Positions 1 to 9,126 of a stretch of 10,581 nt of DNA are shown piece after piece (position 1 is the first letter of the stretch; every line of letters starts with the position of its first letter). A program made the translations under genes and the position numbers. The notes beneath the pieces were generated by a model. It was not told the DNA's origin, ran no database searches, and saw nothing but the letters and a program-made list of their open reading frames with translations. This DNA comes from Geosiphon pyriformis uo1 (lineage: Eukaryota > Fungi > Glomeromycota): positions 67,251 to 77,831 of the forward strand of contig JAAOMT010000451.1 in the NCBI GenBank assembly GCA_016748015.1, written 5' to 3'.

Positions 1-979
1 TTGGTTGTTAGTATGTCTAATACTTTTTGTTATATATTTTAAAATTATTAAATCTCTTAAATATTTTGGTATTGTTTTTGTTAATTAATTTTTAAACAAT
101 TATAATTTGTATTTTAAATAAAAAAATTTTTAGTGTTGAAAATACATGAATTTAAAAGACTTAATTTTTTTTATAATTTATTTATATTTCGAATTTTATT
201 ATAGAAAAAGTTTAAATTAAAAATTTTTATTATTTTTTGAAAAACTATTCAATATATATGTATTAGATATTAGTGCTATAGTTTTTGTTTATTTTAGTTT
301 ACAAGCTGTTTTTTATATAATATTTCAATTTTTATTGATAAATCTGTTAAAAACTTAGATATATTTGTTACTATTAGTAATATTATTGCTTATTTTTCTA
401 ATATTAATTTAAATATAAATATTAACATTTATAATTTGCTTTCTTTAACTTTGATTGTTTTAACACTAAAATATATTCTATTATTATCTATTATTACAAT
501 TTTTTTAGATAATTAAGAGGTTTTGAATATATGTAAATTTGTATTGTTATTAAAAGTTTTTGATTTTTACAACTATTTTTAAATTAAATACTATTGTATT
601 AAAAAATTTAAATAAATTAAAAACCATTTCTGTAAAATAAATAAAAATTAAAGATTATTTTAAAGTTTTAAACAATAAGTAAATTAATATATTAACAAAT
701 TATATTATATTATTGAAACTTTTTTTTTTAATATATATTAATAATATGTAATAAATAATCAGATAATATTAGGCAAAATATATTACTTTATTAAATTATT
801 AAGTAATACATTAGATATTTTTTATAAAAAACTAGTTTGAATATAAAGATAATAACTTTTTTGTTTATTAGTAATATTAATTAACATTTTATTATTTTAT
901 TATAGTATTTGAACTTTTATTTAATTATAAGTAAATTTATTATTAATTTACAAATTTACATAATAAAAACTTTATACAA
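1..979 (+). mobile_element. Copy D: heavily AT-eroded LINE ORF2 fragment (post-RT linker, RNase H, start of C-terminal domain); runs off the window start and into the N gap
   Basis: Manual translation gives colinear fossil matches to ORF2 of the 2869-9760 element: SLKYFGIVFVN*..F*C*KYMNLKDLIFL*F vs SLRW..FVDQ..FKWWKRLDPRGPIPGWF; ISIFIDKSVKNL (from 322) vs LSVYMDGSLRSL; ISVK*IKIKDYFKVLNNK*IN vs LRVSWHKVKGHSGVSDNEHAD; ISKFIINLQIYIIKTLY vs TSRSSANACTYFMKALH. About 550-979 also aligns at DNA level with the reverse complement of about 10139-10581. Confidence 0.85.
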
Positions 980-1563
980 NNNNNNNNNNNNNNNNNNNNN
1001 NNNNNNNNNNNNNNNNNNNNNNNNNNNNNNNNNNNNNNNNNNNNNNNNNNNNNNNNNNNNNNNNNNNNNNNNNNNNNNNNNNNNNNNNNNNNNNNNNNNN
1101 NNNNNNNNNNNNNNNNNNNNNNNNNNNNNNNNNNNNNNNNNNNNNNNNNNNNNNNNNNNNNNNNNNNNNNNNNNNNNNNNNNNNNNNNNNNNNNNNNNNN
1201 NNNNNNNNNNNNNNNNNNNNNNNNNNNNNNNNNNNNNNNNNNNNNNNNNNNNNNNNNNNNNNNNNNNNNNNNNNNNNNNNNNNNNNNNNNNNNNNNNNNN
1301 NNNNNNNNNNNNNNNNNNNNNNNNNNNNNNNNNNNNNNNNNNNNNNNNNNNNNNNNNNNNNNNNNNNNNNNNNNNNNNNNNNNNNNNNNNNNNNNNNNNN
1401 NNNNNNNNNNNNNNNNNNNNNNNNNNNNNNNNNNNNNNNNNNNNNNNNNNNNNNNNNNNNNNNNNNNNNNNNNNNNNNNNNNNNNNNNNNNNNNNNNNNN
1501 NNNNNNNNNNNNNNNNNNNNNNNNNNNNNNNNNNNNNNNNNNNNNNNNNNNNNNNNNNNNNNN
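980..1563. other. Assembly gap (run of N)
   Basis: Continuous N from 980 to 1563. Confidence 1.
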
Positions 1564-1603
1564 GTTTTTTTAATATATTTTAAACTTTTTTTATATATTT
1601 AAA

Positions 1604-2084
1604 TTATTTTTATTTTTATTAATAAATAGAAATTATTTATTATCTAATACAATATAACTATTTAGAATTCTAAATTAAAAGTAAATTACATATTTATTAT
1701 ATATAATCAATTTTTTGGCAGATTAAAACAATATTATAAAACTATATTAACAAATATATTAATTTTAATATTAATAAAAAACACATAACTAATCCTTAAT
1801 TTAAAACTAATAACATGTTTTTTTAGCAAATACATAATATTATAAGACATTATAGCTAACAAATCTACAATATTAATATATATTATAATATTATTATTTA
1901 GCAAAATTTTATATTTTATTTTTATTTATAGTCTTAAATTAAATAATCACATACAATTTCCATAATTAATAACCAAATTACATATAAATTTAACTAATTT
2001 TGATGTAATATTCTTGGTATTATTAAAAGCTGTTTTAGTTTTTACTAACTAAATATCAAAAATAAAATTTTTACACAAAATAAT
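1604..2084 (-). mobile_element. Copy C (oldest nested layer), 3' part: eroded ORF2 C-terminus, stop at 1734-1736, 3' UTR and decayed A-rich tail
   Basis: Minus strand reads IILCKNFIFDI*LVKTKTAFNNTKNITSKLVKFICNL (vs VALCKSFVFNNWFHEAVFVFYDPKIAGLEVVKFVHSL) and VISFKLRISYVFFINIKINIFVNIVL* (vs VSIRFGFCKPCLFFSGIGSLVSVCISK*). It is followed by tattgttttaatctgccaaaaaattgattatatat, matching the 3' UTR tgttgttctgatcggcccaagtggctggtcacgtgt, and a tail aataaaaataaaaataa at 1620-1604. Confidence 0.85.
2073..2084 (+). repeat. Left TSD of copy B (ACACAAAATAAT)
   Basis: Identical 12-mer at 9914-9925; it abuts the tail of copy B. Confidence 0.9.
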
Positions 2085-2085
2085 T

Positions 2086-2100
2086 TTATTATTATTATTA
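2086..2100 (-). repeat. (TAA)5 3' tail of copy B
   Basis: (TTA)5 on the + strand, lying between the end of 3' UTR homology and the TSD. Confidence 0.8.
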
Positions 2101-2854
2101 TTTAATAAGTGAGATCCAAACACTGCTTAAAACTATACATCAAAAAAATAATCTAAACTAGGTGTGAATTATGTACTCTTTACATGTAACAAGCCATTTA
2201 GGCTGATCAAAACAATACTATGCATTTATATAAACTAAAACAGAATTACTAATGCCAGAAAAAAATAAACAAGACTTATGAAAACCAAAACTAATACCAA
2301 ATGCTTCAGCAATACCAAACAACTTGACCATACTAGCCAAAAACCTCAAAACCAAACCAGAAACTGAGACAAAAGCTGAACTATCAAGTGGAATCAGTCT
2401 ATACTTTTTTATATAAGCATAATATTTAACACGAACCAATTAAATATTATTTTTAAAAGTAAGATAAAAAGAATGCACAAACTTTACAATCCTCAAACTA
2501 GTAATTTTGGGATTATAAAAAACAGAGATAGTCTTCTGAAGCCATTTATCAAAAACAAAACTCTTATAAAGAGTTGTAGAAACAGAGGCATCAGAAACAC
2601 AGGATGACAAAAGCTGCAATACATATGATGAAAAAAGAAAAGGCACTTTTTAGAAAGCCGCATGGGCATCCAATATCTGACAATAAGCAGAGCTGTCAAC
2701 TTCACAAGAAAAAACATAATCAGACACCTCCATATCACCACAATATAAACATAAAATACTAAAATAAAGTCTGTTATAAACATGCTTTTAGACAGTAATG
2801 AACAGTTAATGATGTAAAGCTTTCATAAAATAAGTGCATGCATCAGCTAAAAAT

Positions 2855-2868
2855 TTGCGATAGTAAAA
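2855..2868 (+). repeat. Left TSD of copy A, TTGC(GA)TAGTAAAA; may extend left to the A5 at 2849
   Basis: Matches TTGCTAGTAAAA at 9761-9772 apart from a 2-nt GA insertion. Removing the element restores the copy B reading frame MATDFTSKFLADACTY. Confidence 0.8.
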
Positions 2869-2999
2869 AACTTTTTTTCTCTCGTCGATCCCCTGACCAT
2901 AGCAAGAGCAAGAAGTAAATTGATAGAATAGCTTTTTCCTTTTCCTTTTTCTCCTTTCATTTTAAAGTTATTTCTCTCAATACATCCCCTTTCGTTAAT
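2869..2999 (+). promoter_or_regulatory. 5' UTR of copy A (presumed internal promoter), pyrimidine-rich
   Basis: Lies between the left TSD and the ORF1 ATG at 3000. Promoter function is inferred only from general LINE biology. Confidence 0.5.
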
Positions 3000-4947
3000 A
3001 TGGAACTGACAAGCTTTTCTGCTGGTGGTTCAAGCTCTGTTTTGGTGGGTTTGGGGACCCATTCTGGTGTTAAATCTAAATGCTTGGCAGGTGTTCACTC
3101 GCATGGTGCATCCTACAAGAAACCTAAGAAGCCTGTTGCTGTCAGCGGTATGATTAATATGTCTGTTGGCCCTCTCAGCTTAGAAGATTTAGGTAAAGCT
3201 GGTGCCAAATCTGTGGTGTCCTGGGGTAGCAATGTCGGTAGTATATTGAGTAGTGTGAGCGGTTTTTCGAATATGAAAAATATGACAAACTTGGTTACTG
3301 AAGAAACAAGCTACGCAGAATCTGGTGAAAACGATGATATGGACAACACTACGCTGAGGAAAACATGCACCAGAACGTACGCTATGGGCAACCCAATAAA
3401 GCAAACCCTTTTCAACAATGTAAGTGACGACAGTAGTGTGCTGGAGCTCCTTTTTTGCTTGTTTAGTGGTTCCAATCAATTGCCGCTGCTCGTGTTACAT
3501 GCTCTGGAGAAGCGAAGCTTTGATTTGACAAAATCTTTTGCCCTTGATATTGAACTTTCTGCCATTCCTGGCAAAACCAATAATGACAAGTTGTTCAGTT
3601 TGAAAAAAAATTTTTATCGCATTGATGGGTTTGGAGGAGCCTCAACTCCCTCAAAATTCTCAGGGATCATCAGATTTTCATTTACATCTGAGATTAGTTT
3701 GAATAAGGCTCAGGAAATTGGCAATCAGTGAGAAAATCTTAGTCAATGATAATCTGAGAAAATTAAGCATCTGTTCGGATTGAAAAGTAATAGTCAAGGA
3801 GATCCCGGTGGATCTTTTCAGATTGGCAGTAAAGTCAGTTTTTTCCAAATTTGGCAAGATTGTTTCAATCAAAATGCAGTTGATTGGTCTTTGGCAAAAG
3901 ACCTTGGTCGAATTTGAGTCATCTGAAATAGCTAGTTTGGTCACTTCTAAATAGTCAGTCTTCATGGGAAAGGATTTAGTGCGTGTGGCTTTGGTAATCA
4001 ATGATAAACAAATGTGAGTATTGAGAAATCAGCATCGGGCTTTGCTTTATACTTTTCCAGTTGGCACCAATGTCCATGATCTCTCCAGTTTGTTGGAATC
4101 ATACGGTGGGAAAACTTGTTACATTGGCCGTAATCTTAATTCGTATGTTTGTAATAGATGCGCTGTAATTTGTTTTGGTGATGAGGCATCCAAGTTGGCT
4201 GCTATTGGTACCATTCTAGTTTTCAAGGGAGTAAGTTTGCATTGGGCTGGTCTTTCTTTGGCCAGTTGTACTGATTGTAAACAATTCAGTCATGTTATGG
4301 TCAACTGTTTCTTGGGTGAGTATTCTGGTGTTCGAGGGAAGAGAGTGGTTTCTGAGCAAGATTGGATTTGTTTAGCTGGGATATATAAGAAGAAGTCAGC
4401 TCCTATTGCTCGTCTGGTATCATTTGGTGGTAAAACATGAGCCCAAGTTGCTGGTGGTTCTCTTTTTTGTGTGATTTCTTCTGGTTTGGTTGGTGCTGGT
4501 TTGCATTCTGGTTTGGTTCCTTCTTCAATGGTAACTGATTCTCCTACCGTTTTTTATTTGAATGACCGACTGGCAATTTTGGAACGCTCTTTGGAGCTTT
4601 TGACTGACCACGTTTCTAGTATTTTGGTTTGACTAGAATCTATTGATTTGGTTCCTGTGGCGACCCCTTTTCTGAGCCTCCTTCCTACTGTTTCTGAAAC
4701 TTTGACTTCTAATGTGAATTCTGATATGATTATGGATACTGCTTTGGTCTTATCTGGTATTCCTCTGTCTGTTGTTCATGATGCTGTTGTTGAGCTCAGC
4801 TTTAGTAGTTCCAAAGTCCTCACTGCCAAAGTGGGTGGTTTGGAAACAAAATTGATTGCTTTGGAGGCCTCAGTTAGTTCAGTTTTGGATAAATTAAATA
4901 TTCTGTGCTCTGATTCGGGTTTGTCAGTTCCTCTGTCTTCTCAATGA
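3000..4947 (+). pseudogene. LINE ORF1 (nucleic-acid chaperone): low-complexity N-terminus, two RRM-like units, CX2CX4HX4C knuckle, two C-terminal coiled-coil segments
   Basis: Frame 3 from 3000, +1 frameshift near 3711, then frame 1 to TGA 4945-4947, with internal stops at 3781, 3952, 4015, 4438 and 4630. RRM-like VIVKEIPVDLFRLAVKSVFSKFGKIVSIKMQLIGLWQKTLVEFES (about 3787-3921); second unit ALLYTFPVGTNVHDLSSLLESYGGKTCYI...CAVICF; knuckle CTDCKQFSHVMVNC (4267-4308); heptads LNDRLAILERSLELLTDHV and VGGLETKLIALEASVSSVLDKL. Confidence 0.88.
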
Positions 4948-4961
4948 CTCACTTAATTTGA

Positions 4962-5640
4962 AAAATTGCTACGTGTAATGTCAGAGGTATGAACAATCCT
5001 GTAAAACAGAGAGATATCATTCGTTGGCACAAGGATATAAACAATTTGATTTCTATTGTTACTGAGACCAAGCATAAGGGTAAGGTCCATCTATGGATTG
5101 CAACTAGGTTTGATGGTGTTCGAGTCTTTACTTCAGATCAAGATTCTGGTAATCTGGGTTCAGGTGTTGCTATTGTTGTGGACAATTTTCTGGCTCGCCA
5201 TGTGTGTAAGATTTCTGAAGTGCCTGGTTGGCTTCTCTCAATTAAGTTGCTTTTTAAGGACAAACTTTCAGTATCAATTTTGGGGCTTTATGCTGGTGCT
5301 TCTCTGGCAGCCCGTTTCTCTCAAGCCAGTAAAGTCAATTTTCTAATAGCTAGGACTGTGAATAAGTCTTCTTTTGTTGTTTTGGGTGGTGATTTCAATG
5401 AAGATGGCTCTCGTAAGTGTGCTAGTTTTAAGAAGTATTTGGATTTGGAAATGATCAATTCTCTGGCAGAGAATTCATTGGCAAAAAGTCCTACCTGGAA
5501 AAATTTGAGGGGTGTTGTGAGAACTATTGATTATGTGTTTGTTTCGTCAAATTTGGTCAATGCAATAGTGGACCGAGACGTTTTGGATGTTAGTGAGTAT
5601 TTTGATACTGATCATCAGGCAGTGTGTATGTCTGTGGATT
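4962..5640 (+). other. APE-type (EEP superfamily) endonuclease domain of ORF2
   Basis: Motifs TCNVRG, IVTETK, LGGDFN (GDFN 5388-5399), PTW, RTIDYVF and TDHQAV (from 5607). Confidence 0.93.
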
Positions 5641-6494
5641 TGGGTGGGCTTTTGGATATACATTTGAACTCTCTTTGTAAGCATACAAATAGAGATCGAT
5701 GGAAGTTTAACATCAGGGGCACTGATGAGAGTAAATGGGACAATTTCAGGTGTGCCACTTTGGCCAATGCAGCAATGTTCTCAGATAAGTTTGCCATCTC
5801 TGTGAGATTCTCAGATTTGAATATGATGTGGGACATCATTCGCAAGGTCATGGTGCTTTCAGCTGATAGTACTTTCAAAAAAAAATGGTTCAAGAACTTT
5901 GATAGAGTTTTCTCCAAGGAATCCTTAAAGTTTCACAAATTGGAGCTTCTGGTCTCTAAGATTATCAAGGCATCACGTAAGGGAGATGTTTTTGGTTTTG
6001 CTTCTCTCATGGATTGTTGGGCTTCTCTGAACAGTGTTAAGACTTTAATTATTCGAGATCTGGTGGATTCTGGTATGAACTCTGGTCATGTCTTTTCTGC
6101 TCTTTCGAGCACTCGGAAATCTTATCGTGCTTCTAAGCTCGTTGAGTCTCAGAATGCCAAGAAGGCTAATATTAGATCAGCCATAAATAAGAGAATAGAA
6201 AGCTTTGAGGTCAATAAAAGTTATACAATAAGGAGTGTGCTGGAGTGCCCATTCCATAAGGTGGTGCTTGACCACTTGGTTGTTGATAGTGAACTGGTTT
6301 TGGAGCCTGATCAGGTTAAGTGCAAGGTGAACGTGATCATGGAGGGTTGGACTAAGAAGCATTGGGTGGTCGATGATATGTCAAGCAAATGATGTTGCCA
6401 ATATTGGCCTTTGGAGTATATTTTTGATAAGGCCTTTTCGGAGGTGATGTGTCTGATTGGTTTTAACGAGTTGTTTGGGGTGGTTTCTGTCCTT

Positions 6495-7470
6495 TCTGAT
6501 GGCAAAGCTGCTGGTCTGTTGGATATTTCAAATGAGCTTTGGAAACATTGCAATAGGTCTGTTCTGGAGATGTTGTTGGTGCTTTTGAACTTTTGTTTGG
6601 CTGGTAAATCAGTGCCTGGCTCATAGAAAGAGGCCTGGGTTTCGATGATTCCCAAGCCTTATGAGTGGGAGGGTGTTCTGACGAACACACGTTCTATTGC
6701 TTTGATCAAAACAGCTCGCAAGATTTTTTCCAAGGTTCTTTCTGATAGGATTTTTGTTGTGTGTAGTACTTTCAATGTTCTTCGTGGGGACAATTTTTCG
6801 GTTTTGAAGAGTACAACTACTCAGTCTCCCATTTTTGCGATTGGTTCAGTAATTGAAGATGCTCTGGAAAAGAACTGTGAGCTCTGGCTGGTGTTGCAGG
6901 ATATGAGGAAGGCTTATGATTCAGTTGGCTGGAAGCATCTTGAAAAGAGTCTGATTAGGATTAAGATGTGCAGCAAGTTTATTCGGTTTTTTGGTAGTAT
7001 ACACAAGGGTCGCACCAATTGAGTGATGACAGATTTTGGTTTGACTGGTGGTTATTGTGTACATGATGGCTTAGATCAGGGAGAAGTTTTTTCTCTCCTT
7101 CTGTGGCGCATTTTCTATGATCCTTTGTTGTGTGAAATCAAACATCAGGAGAGTGTGTGTAGGTATAGGCTGAATTCGTACTTTATCTCTAAAAATCGGC
7201 ATGCTGAGACTCAGGCTGAACTTTCTTCCTTTTTTGCCACTGGTGCTTTTGTCAATAATACAATTTGGATTGGTAACAGTCAAGTGGCCACCCAACACAT
7301 TCTCAACGTCGCCAGTGAATTTTTTCAGGTTAATGATATCTCTATTAACAATGACAAAACAGTGGCTATTTCCATTAATACCAGAGTTGGCAGTCCCTTC
7401 CTTTCTATTAGCGGCTCACCCATTTCCATTACCAAGAAGGGGGAATCTCATTGGTATCTGGGTATTTTTC
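6495..7470 (+). other. Reverse transcriptase domain of ORF2 (catalytic DD mutated to NN)
   Basis: DGKAAG, MIPKP, NTRSIALIKTARKIFSK, LQDMRKAYDSVGW (D at 6900), GLDQGEVFS (QG at 7077), AFVNN (NN at 7254-7259, where F/YxDD is expected), INNDKT and YLGIFL. Confidence 0.93.
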
Positions 7471-8331
7471 TTTCAACTGAGGGTTTTTCAAAGCCGAGTT
7501 TGGCTAAGACACATTCGGACATTCGCTTTTTCATCAATTTGGTTCTGAGAAAAGCTATTTCAAATAAACAATTCCTATATTTGGTGTTGGCAGTTCTCCA
7601 GCCCGTAATCAATTATCAGACACAATTTAGTTTTATATCAGTTGGTGTTTGTGCCAAGTGGGATGCTCTGGTTTACAAGGACTTAAAGCTTAAGTCTGGC
7701 CTTCCGCTTGATTTTTCCAGTGATACACTGCACCACCCTTCATTTTATGGTTTGAAATCTTTCTCGCAGATACAGTCTGAGTATAAGGTGGCCTCTCTCA
7801 TCAGTTTTGTAAACTCTGGTGGGATCTTGGGTCACTTATTCTCTCACAGGTCTCATGACTTGCAAGTTCGGTGTTGGCATCCTGTTCATCTATTAAATTC
7901 ACCTATTCGAGTTAATATCAATGCTTCCAACAACTTTTTGGCAGGCTTGGTTCATATTCTTCTTGACTGCAATTTGTCTCTGGGTGGATCTTTTGTTAGT
8001 TCTTTTCGGTCTAGTGGTAGTGTACTTATGTCTACTGTTTTGGGCGAATCTAAGTTTTTCAAGTTTCTTCCTTCTCTTCGATGGTTTTGTTGATCAACTT
8101 CATGATCATCATGGTGCCATTTTTGACTGATATACCTTCAAGTGGTGGAAGAGGCTGGACCCCCGTGGCCCTATTCCAGGATGGTTCAGGCTTATTACTG
8201 TGTTTCTCAATAATGCTTCTCTCATCTCTAATGTTCAGTTTGTCTCGAATGGTGCTGTTTATCAAGATATTCTTGATTTTGCTAATTATGCTTCTGTTTG
8301 TGGTCATCTTTCTCAGGTCATTTCTGATAGC

Positions 8332-8725
8332 TTGTCTGTTTACATGGATGGATCTTTGAGAAGTTTGGGTACTGCTGGCTGTAGAGCTGGTGCTGTTGCT
8401 TTTTTTGAGGACATTGGTTTGGGTTTGGGGGTTGGTGTATCGGGTTTGATGTCATCCACCCTTGTGAAATTGCAGGCTATTGCATTGGCCATGGAGTGTG
8501 TCCCTTTGTCCTGTTCCATTCGTGTGTTTTCTAATAGTCAGTCTGCTTTGAGTGCTTGTAAGTCAGAAATGGATCTTGTGTGTTCTGACTTTCGCAATCA
8601 GTGTTGGGTTGAGCATCAGCATATTGCTAATGTTATTCGTAGTAAGGATTTGAGAGTTAGTTGGCACAAAGTCAAAGGTCACTCTGGCGTTTCTGATAAT
8701 GAGCATGCTGATGAGATTGCTGGCG
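8332..8725 (+). other. RNase H domain of ORF2 with histidine loop (two acidic catalytic residues mutated)
   Basis: VYMDGS (D at 8347), LVKLQAI (K at 8467 where E is expected), VFSNSQ (N at 8533 where D is expected), WHKVKGHSG and NEHAD. Confidence 0.9.
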
Positions 8726-9078
8726 TTGTCTCTCTTTTCAGTTGGCGTCTGCGTTCTCATTTGGATGAACATTTTTTGGTGGCTGATGGTGGTGTGGTTT
8801 TGGGCAATTTGAGACACTTTGTTTGTGATATTTGCCAATCAATTTGTCGCGCCCACTGGGAAGTTGGTTCTGGTACTAGGTTTTTGAAGGATGATTTGCT
8901 TCTTGATGTTGACTGGTTCCATTCTTCTATAGTCTGGTATCCTAACTTGCACATGGCCACCGGCTACACTAGCAGATCCTCGGCTAATGCTTGTACCTAT
9001 TTCATGAAGGCTCTGCATCACCAGTTATCTGTTGCTGTGAGGAAGCGTCTTTATAATAAATGTTACTCTAGTGTGCTG

Positions 9079-9126
9079 TATTTATATTGTGGTGATGTGG
9101 AGTCTTCAGACCATGTGTTCTTTTGT
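9079..9126 (+). other. C-terminal CX2CX7HX3C zinc finger of ORF2 (first Cys now Tyr)
   Basis: YLYCGDVESSDHVFFC here. Copy B has CLYCGDMEVSDYVFSC, so the two copies complement to a full CCHC motif. Confidence 0.85.

Larger units (their letters stand above)
2085..2868 (-). mobile_element. Copy B (middle layer), 3' part: degenerate ORF2 C-terminus (stop 2218-2220), 3' UTR and (TAA)5 tail
   Basis: Minus strand reads KFLADACTYFMKALHH*LFITV*KHVYNRLYFSILCLYCGDMEVSDYVFSC...LYKSFVFDKWLQKTISVFYNPK...FGISFGFHKSCLFFSGISNSVLVYINA*, colinear with 8975-9621. Its 3' UTR (2217-2101) aligns with 9622-9741. Confidence 0.95.

Noticed and set aside
909-1583. 224-aa ORF in the track
   Set aside because: Artefact of reading through the N gap. 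Its few real residues are fossil ORF2 of copy D.
1564-2072. AT-rich flanks as organellar DNA, centromere core or replication origin
   Set aside because: They translate into colinear ORF2 remnants, which explains them without another feature.
2218-2783. Minus-strand ORFs 2218-2439, 2440-2646 and 2493-2783 as small membrane-protein genes
   Set aside because: The first two are stop-delimited pieces of copy B ORF2 and the third is off-frame. Hydrophobicity follows from T-richness.
2880-2935. CTGAC near the 5' end as a hammerhead or HDV-like ribozyme core
   Set aside because: It reads CUGACCA rather than CUGANGA, and I could not find the GAAA element or supporting stems.
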